Shown piece by piece: positions 63,991 through 64,000 of a stretch of 64,000 bases of DNA. The position numbers were made by a program, and so were the translations under genes. The stretch covers positions 183,706,001-183,770,000 of the forward strand of contig NC_082710.1 in NCBI RefSeq assembly GCF_030144855.1. Reading direction: 5' to 3'. Positions within the stretch are counted from its first letter, which is position 1; every line of letters starts with the position of its first letter. Below the pieces are notes generated by a model. That model was not told the origin of the DNA. It saw only the letters and a program-made list of their open reading frames with translations, and did not search any database. This DNA comes from Hypanus sabinus (Eukaryota).

Positions 63991-64000
63991 GTCCTCCTTG

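Overview
Vertebrate genomic DNA, most likely a cartilaginous fish (ray/shark; inferred from the repeat families and gene content). It has two spliced protein-coding genes arranged head-to-head. (1) On the minus strand (about 9430 down to <912) is a butyrophilin-like/B7-family Ig gene. Reconstructed exons: non-coding exon 1, signal peptide, IgV, IgC, TM and a 27-nt cytoplasmic micro-exon. All coding junctions are phase 1, and the CpG-island promoter carries an ISRE. The gene probably continues beyond the left edge. (2) On the plus strand (12945 to at least 50632) is a gene largely missed by the ORF track. Four in-frame phase-0 exons encode a signal peptide, a Cys-rich segment and coiled coils, and they match the exon sizes and motifs of OLFML2A/OLFML2B (photomedins) but are strongly diverged. 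No olfactomedin-domain exon was found in the window. The introns are filled with degraded CR1, Rex1/Babar, Tx1, Penelope-like, RTE, Tc1 and hAT elements, a solo LTR, and 11 minisatellite arrays (roughly 23 kb, about a third of the window), several seeded from LINE/SINE segments. The very long ORFs in the track are artefacts of these arrays. There is one assembly gap (18187-18463). All family assignments come from motifs recalled from memory; no database search was run.
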